A DNA stretch of 44,680 nt, taken from assembly GCF_001194135.2 (NCBI RefSeq), contig NC_068986.1:79022411-79067090 (forward strand), in the 5' to 3' direction. This document shows positions 10,877-23,737 of the stretch, in pieces (within the stretch, counting starts at the first letter, position 1; the number at the start of each line of letters is the position of its first letter). The notes beneath the pieces were generated by a model that saw nothing but the letters and a program-made list of their open reading frames with translations, was not told the origin of the DNA and made no database searches. A program made the position numbers and the translations under genes. This DNA comes from Octopus bimaculoides (lineage: Eukaryota).

Positions 10877-11309
10877 GAACACATATATATCAGAACACAC
10901 ACTTTCTCATACGTTTAATATTTTTCATCATGAGCGTTTGAAATTTCTTGATATTATTCCACAGAAATGTTAATGTGTGTCAGATAGAATAACATATCAC
11001 CTAAAATTTTACTTTCAATATATCATTCTATGGTATTCAGCCTAAGATGCATTCATGAAACGCTAATTGTGTCGCAACCTTCGTTCCACAAGCATAAAGG
11101 ATTTGCGAACAAGATAACGTAGTTTATGGATTTCGAATATAATCAATTATTGAGTTAAATAATTCAGAGTGAATGCCTCAGAATTTATCTTAATCATACT
11201 TCTTGCCTGAAACCAAATCTACAGCTACAGGGGAAACGGGGCATCTTCTTATATATCTCTACATCCATAGATCCCTATGTATACACACATACAAGAATAC
11301 ATAATACAC

Positions 11310-11365
11310 ACATACATACATACATACATACATACATACATACATACATACATACATACATACAA
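11310..11365. repeat. (CATA)n microsatellite
   Basis: Direct inspection. Confidence 0.95.
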
Positions 11366-12233
11366 ACAAAACTACCCTGTTAATGTTGAAATTCCAATGA
11401 ATCTAGGATAGAAACCGGCTCTTTCTCTATTGGCAATAAATCTTGAAATAAAACTAAGCAATGTCATACTTATGTACATACACACACACACACGCGCACA
11501 CACACATATACATGCATATATGTGTACAGGACGCCACGAACGGGGCAAACAACAATATATATATGAATAAGTTAGAGTCAACAAAATGGAGTACTCTTGG
11601 GCAGTTTGTTTTTAATCACTACAAATGTTTCCATACAACATATTTCTTCATATATACAGGTATTTGATTATGCAACCGTTTACCTGTATTATGGGACCCA
11701 GTTGTTTTTCGTTAGGTGATATTGAATTGCTGTCTCCGTTAGTTAAAAAAAAAAACCTTTGACTTCGATGCTAATACATCCATCTGCCTTGTTTGAATTT
11801 AGTAGAAGCTGGCAGTTAGATTCTACTTGCTGTTAACGTGCTTCTGCGTGCCTGATATGAGTGGTAATGGATGTATTGGATGTCTATTTTGGTACTATCA
11901 GATTTTTGATCTGTTCCTCATGTTACGCTGCACATGTGAAATTTTATTATCCGATTTTCGGTACTCGGTGGTCCAGAGACACACATAGCCTCCCCCACAT
12001 ATATTCATGTACAATGACTTACATACGTATATACGCATGTTAGTAATTGTATATGTATGAAGGTATCTGTGAGTGTATCTGTGTATGTATATAGGCATGT
12101 ACAGAGTAAAATTTCACATGTGCAGCATAACATGCACACACACAAACACACAACATACATATATATATTGAGACACAAATGCGCGCACAAACACAATCGC
12201 TCATACATATGTATATATTATATATATATTTGT

Positions 12234-12301
<68 letters not shown>

Positions 12302-12304
12302 TAT

Positions 12305-13880
12305 ACACAGCAATAATAGCAGCAATATCACGATCGATTCACATAATACCACCCTAGCCACTACCAGCAGTATCTCGTCTCTCTCTCCAATTAACTACCA
12401 AGGAAGCGATAACTGCAACTGCAGATCCCGGACAGATTGCCCCGCTGCAAGGCCATTGCAGAAGATTCAACGTCGTATACTTGATGCACTGTTCGCAATA
12501 TAGTCAATAATTCCTGTAGGTACTACATTGGTTGTAGCAGCGGATTTAAACAAAGGTATTACGCACATTGAAACTCTTTTAAATATAAGAATAGTAATCC
12601 CACATCACTAGCTAGCCACATACAATATCTAATTAATAGAAAAATACATTATAAACTTTCCTGGGCTATAATAGACTCGGACACCCCATATCAGGTCTAA
12701 CACTCTAGTTGTAGATTTTGCTTAAAAGAAGCTCTCAAAATTCTAACCCACAACTCACCACAATTACTTAATAAATACAACGAGACCTTCACTACGTGTA
12801 AGCGCAAATTCTTCTGCACTTTTAAATTCTTTCATAAATCTAAATGTAAGCACCCCCCCACTAAGAGTACCCACGTACATATCCCTATGATCATTAACGC
12901 ATACCCCTTCTATATCTCTATAACTCTTATTTTTATCTTATGTCTTACCTCATATCTATCTACCGTATCTCATCATACTATAAGATAAATATTAATCCTT
13001 TAATTTATCCTTAATTTATTCTAACCTTAACTCCCTCAAATCTTCTAATATAAACCCCTAACTCTAAATCCCACTCATAAATAATTTAATATTCAACTTG
13101 ATCTCCCATTCTCGACCACCTACGCACACACAGCCCCATTGCTAAAAATAATTCTACAGCCACCGACGTTAGCCAGGACGGACACAAGCAATTACTACCA
13201 CATTTCCTCCTCAACAATTTTAGACTTTGAAACTACCTGTCATCTATTACTCTCTTTAAATTCCTTTCATTTCACTCTATTTTTTTTACCCTATCTTCCT
13301 CTACCTACTCATCTTCTTTCTTATCTTCTCGGCTACCCCATACACAATTCTTAGACCCCATACATATAAACACATTACTTTATCATATAGCCAATCCTTA
13401 AAATCTCCCTACCTCACTCTATCCAACCCTCTTTCTATTTCTCTTCTTTTCTCTACGTTTACCACTTAACAGCCACCTATGCTACCATTCTGTTATTGAT
13501 CGACGATATGTTCGCGTCTTTTTCTTGAGGTGTCTACTATATAAGCACTATAACTATAAGCACTACCTTATAAGTACTATATAACCACATGGATATAAGC
13601 AGGACATCACCTAAAGACTTACACTCGTGGATATACACAGGATTCCACCTAAGGACTCATGCTTTGGTTTCCATAATTTCCAAAAGTTGAACTATGAACT
13701 TTTATGCCACTTTTTTTTCTTCTCTCTTTCCATCTCCTTATTCTTTTACTCCCTTCCTCTATGTTATCATCTTGTTGATATATACCTTTCTCATTTTCCA
13801 TATTTTTCCCCAATCTGTCTCTGATGACAGAACATTCCATACTCGTGGATATCCCAGAAACAGCTGTAAGATTTTGAATT
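12305..13880 (+). mobile_element. Penelope-like element 3' part: Cys-rich GIY-YIG endonuclease pseudogene plus pLTR
   Basis: DNCNCRSRTDCP/LQGHCRRFNVVY/*CTVRNIVNNSCRYYIGCSSGFKQRYYAH*NSF...TSLASHI...WAII...CRFCLKEALKIL...LLNKYNETFTTC (VVY/YIG motifs); C/T-rich 3' region ending in an HHR motif. Confidence 0.85.
13817..13872 (+). ncRNA. Minimal type I hammerhead ribozyme motif at the pLTR end
   Basis: gtct-CTGATGA-[29 nt, inner hairpin tcca/tgga]-GAA-ACAGCTGT-A^agat: intact core, perfect palindromic helix III, GUA triplet, 4-bp stem I; base of stem II mismatched. Confidence 0.6.
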
Positions 13881-16800
13881 TCCTCCTGTAATAATATTGT
13901 ATATGACTTAAGATGTCATATGTATATATATATTTATATTTATATATTTATATATTTGATCCTTTATATTGAACACTCAATATTTCATCTACATTCAATA
14001 CTTTCTTTCATGGTGCCATCCATTTTTATTTTATTTTATTTTATATTGTATATTGTATATCATATTATATATTGTATATTCCATATTCTATACCCCACAT
14101 TAGTTCTGCAGGAATATAAATAAAACATAAAAAACAGACAGTGTTGGAACTCTTTTAAGCGAAATANNNNNNNNNNNNNNNNNNNNNNNNNNNNNNNNNN
14201 NNNNNNNNNNNNNNNNNNNNNNNNNNNNNNNNNNNNNNNNNNNNNNNNNNNNNNNNNNNNNNNNNNNNNNNNNNNNNNNNNNNNNNNNNNNNNNNNNNNN
14301 NNNNNNNNNNNNNNNNNNNNNNNNNNNNNNNNNNNNNNNNNNNNNNNNNNNNNNNNNNNNNNNNNNNNNNNNNNNNNNNNNNNNNNNNNNNNNNNNNNNN
14401 NNNNNNNNNNNNNNNNNNNNNNNNNNNNNNNNNNNNNNNNNNNNNNNNNNNNNNNNNNNNNNNNNNNNNNNNNNNNNNNNNNNNNNNNNNNNNNNNNNNN
14501 NNNNNNNNNNNNNNNNNNNNNNNNNNNNNNNNNNNNNNNNNNNNNNNNNNNNNNNNNNNNNNNNNNNNNNNNNNNNNNNNNNNNNNNNNNNNNNNNNNNN
14601 NNNNNNNNNNNNNNNNNNNNNNNNNNNNNNNNNNNNNNNNNNNNNNNNNNNNNNNNNNNNNNNNNNNNNNNNNNNNNNNNNNNNNNNNNNNNNNNNNNNN
14701 NNNNNNNNNNNNNNNNNNNNNNNNNNNNNNNNNNNNNNNNNNNNNNNNNNNNNNNNNNNNNNNNNNNNNNNNNNNNNNNNNNNNNNNNNNNNNNNNNNNN
14801 NNNNNNNNNNNNNNNNNNNNNNNNNNNNNNNNNNNNNNNNNNNNNNNNNNNNNNNNNNNNNNNNNNNNNNNNNNNNNNNNNNNNNNNNNNNNNNNNNNNN
14901 NNNNNNNNNNNNNNNNNNNNNNNNNNNNNNNNNNNNNNNNNNNNNNNNNNNNNNNNNNNNNNNNNNNNNNNNNNNNNNNNNNNNNNNNNNNNNNNNNNNN
15001 NNNNNNNNNNNNNNNNNNNNNNNNNNNNNNNNNNNNNNNNNNNNNNNNNNNNNNNNNNNNNNNNNNNNNNNNNNNNNNNNNNNNNNNNNNNNNNNNNNNN
15101 NNNNNNNNNNNNNNNNNNNNNTATATATATATATATATATATGTATATACACAGAGACATAGACAGAGAGAGAGAGAAAAGAGAGAGAGATTTAGAGAGA
15201 GAAAGAGAGAGAGAAAACGAAAGGAGGAGATAGAGACGGGGAAGATGGTTTCTTCGTTTCCTATTACTGGTCTCTTCTTGTACAAATAATGTCATTCAGA
15301 CCTAGCTACTTTTACTTGTAAGGGATTTCCACATATTAAAAATATGAGAGCCATTTTAACTTTTACAAATATAAGATAGTTGAGAAACTCTTTGTCATTA
15401 TGTGTTTTGTGTCTATATACACTGTTGTGCTGGTTACACTTCTGATGTGGATACACTTCTGTAAAGCATGGTTTACTATTTTACGTGATTGATCAACCTC
15501 TATTTCTGACCATTGCTTCTAGTCACTAGAAGAGTACATATATAGCACATTGCAATAACATTATTGTCAGAGTGGTAAAACACACAGGTAATTAAACTTG
15601 AAATAACTTGATAAAGTTTCTTCCAAATAAAAGTCTCTCTCGGTATTCTGTAGGATCTCCACAAAGGCTCTCTTCAGCATGATTCATCGTTACTCATGTA
15701 AGAAAATCTTCAACTGGCGTCGCCATTCAACTTTCTTGTTCTTTCTCTGTTTTCTAATATTGCGTGCATTTACCAGTGCAGTTTTGTAAGTTCATGATGT
15801 GAAAACCCATCGCAATATTATGATATAATGTTTAAATGATTAACTGAAGAGATTTCTCAATAAATCATTTAAATCATATTAACCAAATCTATCACTGGAA
15901 TGCTGTGTAATTATACTTCCGTTGGAATTCAGTATCTGTATCAAGTACTTTCTCACTTAATTCTGTCTTACCTCTTTCTAATTTTAAATTTTTCTAATAC
16001 TCTGTGTGCTATAAAGTGCCATCTTACATAACAAGTTCACTAAAATCACTTCATATTATTTTAAAACAATTTAACTAATCACATTTCACAAATACACATC
16101 ATAGATTTTCGGCAGGAATTTTTTCTCAGTTCATGCATTAGATATATTGCTGTTTGTAAATTCTGACATCTATTTTTATAAGAAATTATTCAAAACCACT
16201 CGTTTACTGTCTCAAATTTACTGTGTCTTTAATTGGATTTCAGATGCACTGTTCACAAAGCAAAGCATCAATGATAATTATATAGCGTAGTGATAAGAAC
16301 AATGAAATAATATGGCATATTATTATGAATTTTATATAGTCATCCCAAACAGAGTAAACTGATCATGCGAAAGGCAGCTCAAACAATATTTCCATGCAAA
16401 AGGAAACATCATCGATGATTGCAGTGGACTGAAAAGAATTAGTGGATATATGAACACGTGATAAATACAATGCAGAAAGGAAAAATCCACAGTGTATTGT
16501 ATTTATCGTCTGCTGGTTAGAGATTATATATCAGAGCTGGGCTGCTTGATATTTCCCCCCAACACAGATTAAAGATTCTCTTAGCAAACACGAGAAGCAG
16601 GCTATTTATAACATACTCATCAAGAATATCGTTGTTAGGAGGATATTGATTTGTAGTTTTGTTACAGCCATCAATGAAATTGCTCTTAGATATAGTGGGA
16701 GAGAAGTAAATAAGATGAAGATCAGCTGACAGACAATCAGCCCATTACATACTTATTCTTTAATGTTTGCTAAGACGGGCTCCATTAGAAATAGAGACTA

Positions 16801-17194
16801 CTGGATATATTATTATTTATTGAATACTTTTTCTGCTATAATGCATAACAAAGTATGATTATTTTTGCTACAAAGGAAATTGAGGGGCGACTGTTTCTTA
16901 TTGAATGGTAGTATATTATCAGTAAAAAACTAAGAAATATATTGTGATGAAATAGCTTCTTTAATGTCAAAGGTCTTACGCCATCTCATAGTAATCTAGA
17001 ACTCTTAACGACGGTATGTATTTCCCGCGCTGTACTCTTAAGAGCTTCCATTTTAGTATAAGACAAATTAAAGTATTACAACTTTTACATGACAACTTAA
17101 CACTTCACAATGCTTTCGCTATAAAATATTCCAGAAATTAGAAAAGGCACCTGATAATTTGTCACGAATTGAAATATTTAACAGTCATCTTCTA

Positions 17195-17198
<4 letters not shown>

Positions 17199-17245
<47 letters not shown>

Positions 17246-17274
17246 AAATACACACGCACACATATACATACGTG

Positions 17275-17316
<42 letters not shown>

Positions 17317-17531
17317 CATACANNNNNNNNNNNNNNNNNNNNNNNNNNNNNNNNNNNNNNNNNNNNNNNNNNNNNNNNNNNNNNNNNNNNNNNNNNNNNN
17401 NNNNNNNNNNNNNNNNNNNNNNNNNNNNNNNNNNNNNNNNNNNNNNNNNNNNNNNNNNNNNNNNNNNNNNNNNNNNNNNNNNNNNNNNNNNNNNNNNNNN
17501 NNNNNNNNNNNNNNNNNNNNNNNNNNNNNNN

Positions 17532-17600
<69 letters not shown>
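17199..17600. repeat. (CA)n/(TG)n compound microsatellite spanning a gap
   Basis: Direct inspection. Confidence 0.9.
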
Positions 17601-17601
<1 letters not shown>

Positions 17602-18571
17602 GAAAATTTTCTTGACATTCCAGCAAACACTGCGTCATATAACTACACTGCTTACATTTAAGATGCTACATTATATAACTTTAATGAAAACTATCTTACA
17701 TTTCTAAATTATAATGGTATTGTCATTGTATACCAAAGCATTACAAAAAATTTAAACCTACTTCATATTTATCAACTCTTGAAAAATGGCTGTCTGCCGG
17801 TTCAATATTTAAACGATTGAATTGTCATTTCCAGTATTTTTGTTGTTATGTAGACTTAAACACTATTGTGAATAGGGCAATGTGTACACATTAAACTATC
17901 CTCTACTACCATTGGTTTCTTACAAAGGGCTACCGTTTCCTCTTCCATGTGGATTAATTTAACATAGTATTTTGCTGATATTTCTTTTTAATCATATACG
18001 GAAGAATGGTAAAATTGACCATGGTAGGTTTTCAACCGAGAGTGTTATGCGCTAATGAGCAGAGAAAATGCTGTTGGATATTTAGTCTGGCTCGCTATTG
18101 TTTCTGTTAACTCACAGTCGTAAATATGGGATACCATAATTGTTTGATAGAAAATAATTAGAATAATTTCAAAAGATAAACAATGACACTTATTTAACAA
18201 ATTAATTAGAACTTATTCTATTTGAATGCATAATCCTCATTGAACAATTTTTATGTCCTTGCTTTAAACTACTTTTCATTATAATATTTTCTTCGCTTCA
18301 TATCTGCATCTAACACATAGCAACGAGTTGCAGAGCATAAAACAGGAGGGAAAGAGATTAGTTCTCATAATCTGAGAAACATAACCCCAAAACACAACCA
18401 CAAACAAGACGATATGCTCAAAATGACAGTCTTTTTGAATATATGATGAACAGATTTTGTTACCACAACCAACATCGGCCCTCACACGCCCTGTCACTGC
18501 GTGTATAATTACTTCCTAAAACCCTGAACACTACTCCAACATTATACTGATACTAACTTTATCCTATCAGT

Positions 18572-18697
18572 TGTGTGATGGAGGAAAAAGACAACAGAAA
18601 AAGAAGCAAAAGGGAGAAATACAGAGACCTTACCTGTTGACCGAGGCGGGATGAGCAATCACTGTCCTTATCGTGAGGAAAAACACGGCGTTCCACA
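18572..18697 (-). repeat. Candidate short 3' LTR (~126 bp)
   Basis: Minus strand begins TGTGG after a purine-rich gagagtcggcgag and ends CACA; no second LTR in the window to confirm. Confidence 0.4.
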
Positions 18698-19519
18698 CTC
18701 GCCGACTCTCATCGAACTGCGCCCACGTGCATTCTGCCCGTGCATGCCCCCGTGGCTCTTCCGCCTGCCCCTACAGTCTAAACGTCCGTTTACCTCATCT
18801 GCAATCCTCTCCACCAACACCACAAAGTTCTCGGAAGTCAAGCACTGGCCTGACCTTATGCTTTGTGGGCTGTACCACCGCCATTAGCGGCAGTAACCCC
18901 AATATGCCCTCATTAATCCACCGCCCCACCTCGAACTCACTTCTGGCATCTCCTTTCAGAGTATGCTGATAGCAGCGCACTTTAGTTTTTAACGTCGGAG
19001 GCTCTCCCTTCCAGTACCACTCCACTGTCCACCTCTGGCCATCGAAGACAGCACGAAAGTCCTGGTCTTCAATGGTGTGTGCAGCATACTTATCTTCGCG
19101 GTTCTCACCAATGCACGGTCTCGCCATAGACGGTTTCCCCGCAACCGCGAACGTTACACCGACCTCGTTGACAGTGACACCTCCTAAACAGGTGATTGCA
19201 TCCATCCTCATCACCAAGTCAATCTCGTCTACCAAGTGGCCAACTACAATTGCTTGCAGCGTCAGCTTTGTTCCCTGCACCACGATCTGCGCATCTATAA
19301 TGCCTTCACAGTGTATCTCTCGTCCGTCGACTGCCCTTACACTGCTTTCTCCATTCCACGTCTCTACCACTTCTGGAGTCATCAGGGTCGTCGTACAGCC
19401 CGTGTCCACAAGTACTCGCGACATCTTTCCCTCCACCAGAATGTCGACTACAGGTAACGATAAACGCGCCTCTATTGATCCGAAGGGATAACTACCGGCG
19501 CAGTAGTCTCTCTTAGACC

Positions 19520-19526
19520 GTTTCCC
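19520..19526 (-). promoter_or_regulatory. -1 ribosomal frameshift slippery heptamer G GGA AAC at the gag/pol junction
   Basis: In gag phase (cgG GGA AAC); the -1 frame continues openly into the protease while gag stops 15 codons later. Confidence 0.7.
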
Positions 19527-20289
19527 CGCAGACATTCGCTGGCTATATGTCTTGTTTCTCGACACCGGTAGCAAATGACCTCAGACTTGGGTGACTTGTA
19601 GTCTCGCACCGGAAGCACTGTCCTTTGAATGGTTGCACACGTTTTTTGTTTGACCCCTCTCCGCTACACCTTGCTCGGCCACTTTTCGTTGTTGCAGTCG
19701 CTGCTACCGGCGTCGTTTTTTCTCACGTACTAAACTGATCTCTACTGCATGGATTTGGTTCGTTTAGTGCCAACTACAGCCACCTTGCCTTTTCCTCTCT
19801 CGTCAGCCGTATTGTATCACCTTAGACCTTTTGTGAAGGAAGGTCTGGACATACTACCTAGAGCTTCCTCCCCAAAAGATCGATTTTTTACTTTTCTTCG
19901 GACACGATTTGTTCGTGATCACTTAACCACATTGATCATCTTGGGACCAGAAAGCCTGCACTGGACATGAACACAGCCTCTTCCTTCAGAACAGAGCAAT
20001 GTAACAAATGGGCGTTTCTAATGCAATGAATACGTGACTTGCCCGTAAGTTCTCAATGATAGCTGACACATTTCTTAACTATCATAACTACAAGAGCCAC
20101 AATGCACACACGTTATTTGCATTTATTTCTTAGTAAGTAATTTGCGTTCTACTACGCACCTAAAGGCTCATGAAGACTTACCTTATCCGGATTACAGAGA
20201 TGCGTTCACGATTTAGAGTATAGGACATTTTCATTAAACAGAACTCCAATCCATGAGAGAGTTCTTCTCCATCTGCCACTCATTTTCAG

Positions 20290-20405
20290 CCGAACAGACT
20301 GAAAGCTAACAGGAAATAAAAATCTTTGCTAAAAGGCACAACACATGATTTCGTTCAATAATCGAACTCTGTTAATCACGGCACTTTAACCAGTAGGCCA
20401 TGCAC
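20290..20405 (-). mobile_element. Degraded CORE-type SINE head
   Basis: Minus strand gtgcatggcctactggttaaagtg...gagttcgatt...gtgttgtgccttttagcaaagatttttatttc. Confidence 0.55.
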
Positions 20406-22485
20406 TTTCACAACAGTTTCACAACAAAATTATGTCAATGCAAGTTGTATAAATTTACTTGAAGTTGAGCGCATTAATTAACCCATCAAATAGTCCTAAT
20501 TTCGGACATGACTCTTTCACTGCTGTGGATTGTTTTCCCCTTTATGCTTTCATACTTCTTCATTTCAATTTCAGCTGTTGTAAGCATTCTGATAACCATC
20601 TGTATATTTGATACTAATCAGTTAGCAATCAATCACACATCCCACATTGCTTCACACATGTTCCTATCTTCCATATTGTTGATCTCTGATATGTCTAAAA
20701 TACCTTCCTTTATATATTTCTAAGATTTTTTTTTCGATAATCATCCTTCCACTACTGCATCAGTGATCAATGCTTTTTGAATCGTATTGCCTTTCAGATT
20801 GTGTTATTTCCACTTGTAGTCAGGCAATATTTCAGCCAATTTTTTCGAAAACCCTTGTATCATATTTTATTTTATGATTGTTGGATAGGTCTCGCGAAGC
20901 CAAATAAAATAAAATCATCTCTACTGATTATATTACTACAAGAAAACTACAACAACAGAAAAATAGCAACAGAAAAAAAGGAACACGTAACTATATCTGC
21001 ATCAGCTTTATATTTATTACTCTATATTGCAACTTTAAAATAATCTGCATTATACATAGACAAAAAGAAAACTATCAACGCTTATGAATTTTGAAACATA
21101 CAGTAAATGTATGATGCATAAAACAAATACAAATAAACGATTACAAGGAGACTATAGCATATTGAATTAACGTTTTCAGTTCAACATTCAGCAATGATTA
21201 TAGCTTACCAATATTATATGTATATATGTACTTATTTGTTTAACTAAGGAATAAAATACATAAACTCGTACACACACGTACACACATACACACACAGACA
21301 CATATTTACACATACACACGCGCACACATACATGCAAATCTACAAACGTTTACAATTCAATTTTGTGTAAATTTATGCTGTTTGTACATCGCGTGTGAGG
21401 ATGACAGTGATCGCTGAACATTGATCAGGAAAGTGAGATAGAAGATGATTTGGTTAGAAAATTCGGGAAAACAAACATCTTGCATTTATTGGGTTAAGAT
21501 GGGGAAAGGTTCAAATTTGATTGGTTCTCACCTTGTGGGATGTTTCTTTCTGCTTGAATCAAATACTTCTTTGGTTCTTGAACTACAAGGCGCCAATAGT
21601 ATTCCCTGAACTACGTGAAGAAGAATTGTCTGTAAGTTGTTGTCAAAATCCAATATTAGTAGTGAGAAGGTTCAGAAAAGTTTTTTCACCAGGTATTTGA
21701 ATTATTCATTTGTTTTGTTTTTGCTCCTACAGCACAACATTATTTTATATAGATCTAAATATGTATTTTAGGTACTCAGGCTTATATAATTACAAGCATA
21801 CAAATATACAAGCCATATCCACTTGCAAAAACTGACTCCTGAAGGTATCTGTCATATCTGCTTTATGTGGAATAACAGTATTTATTTTGTCTCAAATTCG
21901 TTTATTCCTATCATATTTGCAATAGCCATTGATCTAAAGCATCTTTTAACACATCTTGAATGTATTATAGAGTACATGAGGATACATTCGCCTCATTTTT
22001 GGACGAAATAAGATGTTTTGTGTAACACATGTGCGTCTTAACCTGCACAGAATGTCCTTGTTCGTATAGAAATATATTTGAGCACTTTATAGTTCCCAAT
22101 TGATAAAAAAAAAGTGTAGTGGTTCGCGGTCGCTGCCTATCACATTGGATTCGTTCCGACTATTGTATCGTTCGTTTATTTTGTTTAAAATTAAAGCTGG
22201 TAGCTAGCAGTGAGGACAAATTTTCTCTTGGAGAAAAAATATATGTTGCAGATTCCATTGATGATTGGCATATGTTTTGTATACAATGTATTTTTTCTCC
22301 GGAAATGTATTGCATTTCCATCACAAAGACAATAGTCATAAACACAAGATATTTTTCATTCTTAGATATACCTACGTTTTGGTGAATTTGGCAAATTCAG
22401 ATTTGTTCTGTATGAGACCGAGATCATCTTGGTGATGCATCTATGGGTTTGATAGAACAAACATGACAAATAGAACATAATACAG

Positions 22486-22521
<36 letters not shown>

Positions 22522-23509
22522 TTTTTAATTACTTTCAATCGGCGTAGAGTTAAGCAATGACTCATGGGCCAAAAGTTACGTTCATTCCACGAGGCAATAT
22601 TTCAATCATACGATTGAGGAATATCTCACTAACTACTTTATTTAGATAAGTCTTCCAGTTTCTTGATCACTTGAAGTAGAGGTTGGCTATCTTGACAATT
22701 CTCTACATGCTGGGAAGGAGTTGGAATCCTTCGTTCCTGAGTTTCTGGCGGACATTAAATTGAAATTTTCCTTATTCTATAACCTAAACATCTGAAAATC
22801 CTGGCAAGGGTACGTAATGTAATTTGTGCAATTCTTTACAATATCTTTCAAGAATTTAGAAAGTCAGAATCCGCTGTTGTGGTGAGCTGTGTGGATATAT
22901 GACGTTGGTTGTAGCATCTAATTGAGAAATCGATATTCTCCAACCAAATTTGCTAATCTTATAGTTGTGCTTTAAAGGATTTTCGGCTGGGGAATCGGTA
23001 GAAAGTATTACCTTTCAATTGCTAGAAGTTCTCTACTATTTTTGAAGTAAAGATCAGGATGCATGGTGAGTTAAATCATGATACCATCCTATTCTTGGTA
23101 CCAATTTAATGTGTATTTTTAAAATACATTAATTTGTGACTGAAACCACTTTGTACTTGTACATTCTTTAGTACAGGTGGTCTTGTTAAAGATATCCCTT
23201 CTCGGGGATGGATCAACCACTTTTCTGTTTATTCCAGCTGGAAGAAACTTAAATATTGTGCATATATATAGTGTCATTGCTTGGACTATATGGACGTTTT
23301 GTTTTTCTGTATTATAGTTCTATGTATATTGAGATTATTGTTTAGTGATTAATGTTTATGACTAATGTAACTCTAAATATTACTAACAGATCGTTTCTAA
23401 ATATATCTGTGGCATAACTGTTTATAAGTTTGAAATCTTTCGGGCGTCACCTTTGTATAATTTATTGCCAAAGAGGTAATACTTTTGTGAAAGTAGCAAA
23501 TAACAATAA

Positions 23510-23737
23510 TCTTTTCTACTCTAGGAACAAGGTCCGAAATTTTGGGGGTGGGGGCCAGTCGATTAGATCGACGCCAGTACGCAACTGGTACTTAATTTAT
23601 CGACCCCGAAAGGATGAAAGGCAAAGTCGACCCCGAAAGTCGACCTCGGCGGAATTTGAACTCAGAATGTAAAGACAGACGAAATACTGCTAAGCATTTC
23701 GCCCTGCGTGCTAAACTTTCCGCCAGCTCGCTGCCTT
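23510..23737 (-). mobile_element. Full-length tRNA-derived SINE (family of 7716)
   Basis: Well-preserved reverse copy; small internal duplication of aaagtcgacc. Confidence 0.9.

Larger units (their letters stand above)
18572..19740 (-). mobile_element. Ty3/gypsy LTR retrotransposon remnant: gag end, protease, RT start, deletion, putative 3' LTR
   Basis: FKGQCFRC and CYRCRETRHIASEC (CCHC) knuckles; ORF 18795-19574 with LVDTGCTTTL aspartic protease and LLPLMAVVQPTKHKVRPVLDFREL RT start. Confidence 0.9.

Noticed and set aside
12480-12585. In-frame TGA codons in the Penelope endonuclease as possible selenocysteine
   Set aside because: They fall at non-Cys positions (before CTV; H*NSF) in a copy with frameshifts and a TAA; CGA-to-TGA decay is more likely.
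21530-21636. Plus-strand reading ending APIVFPELREEELS at a GTAAGT donor
   Set aside because: No convincing acceptor or homology; such motifs occur by chance in AT-rich DNA.
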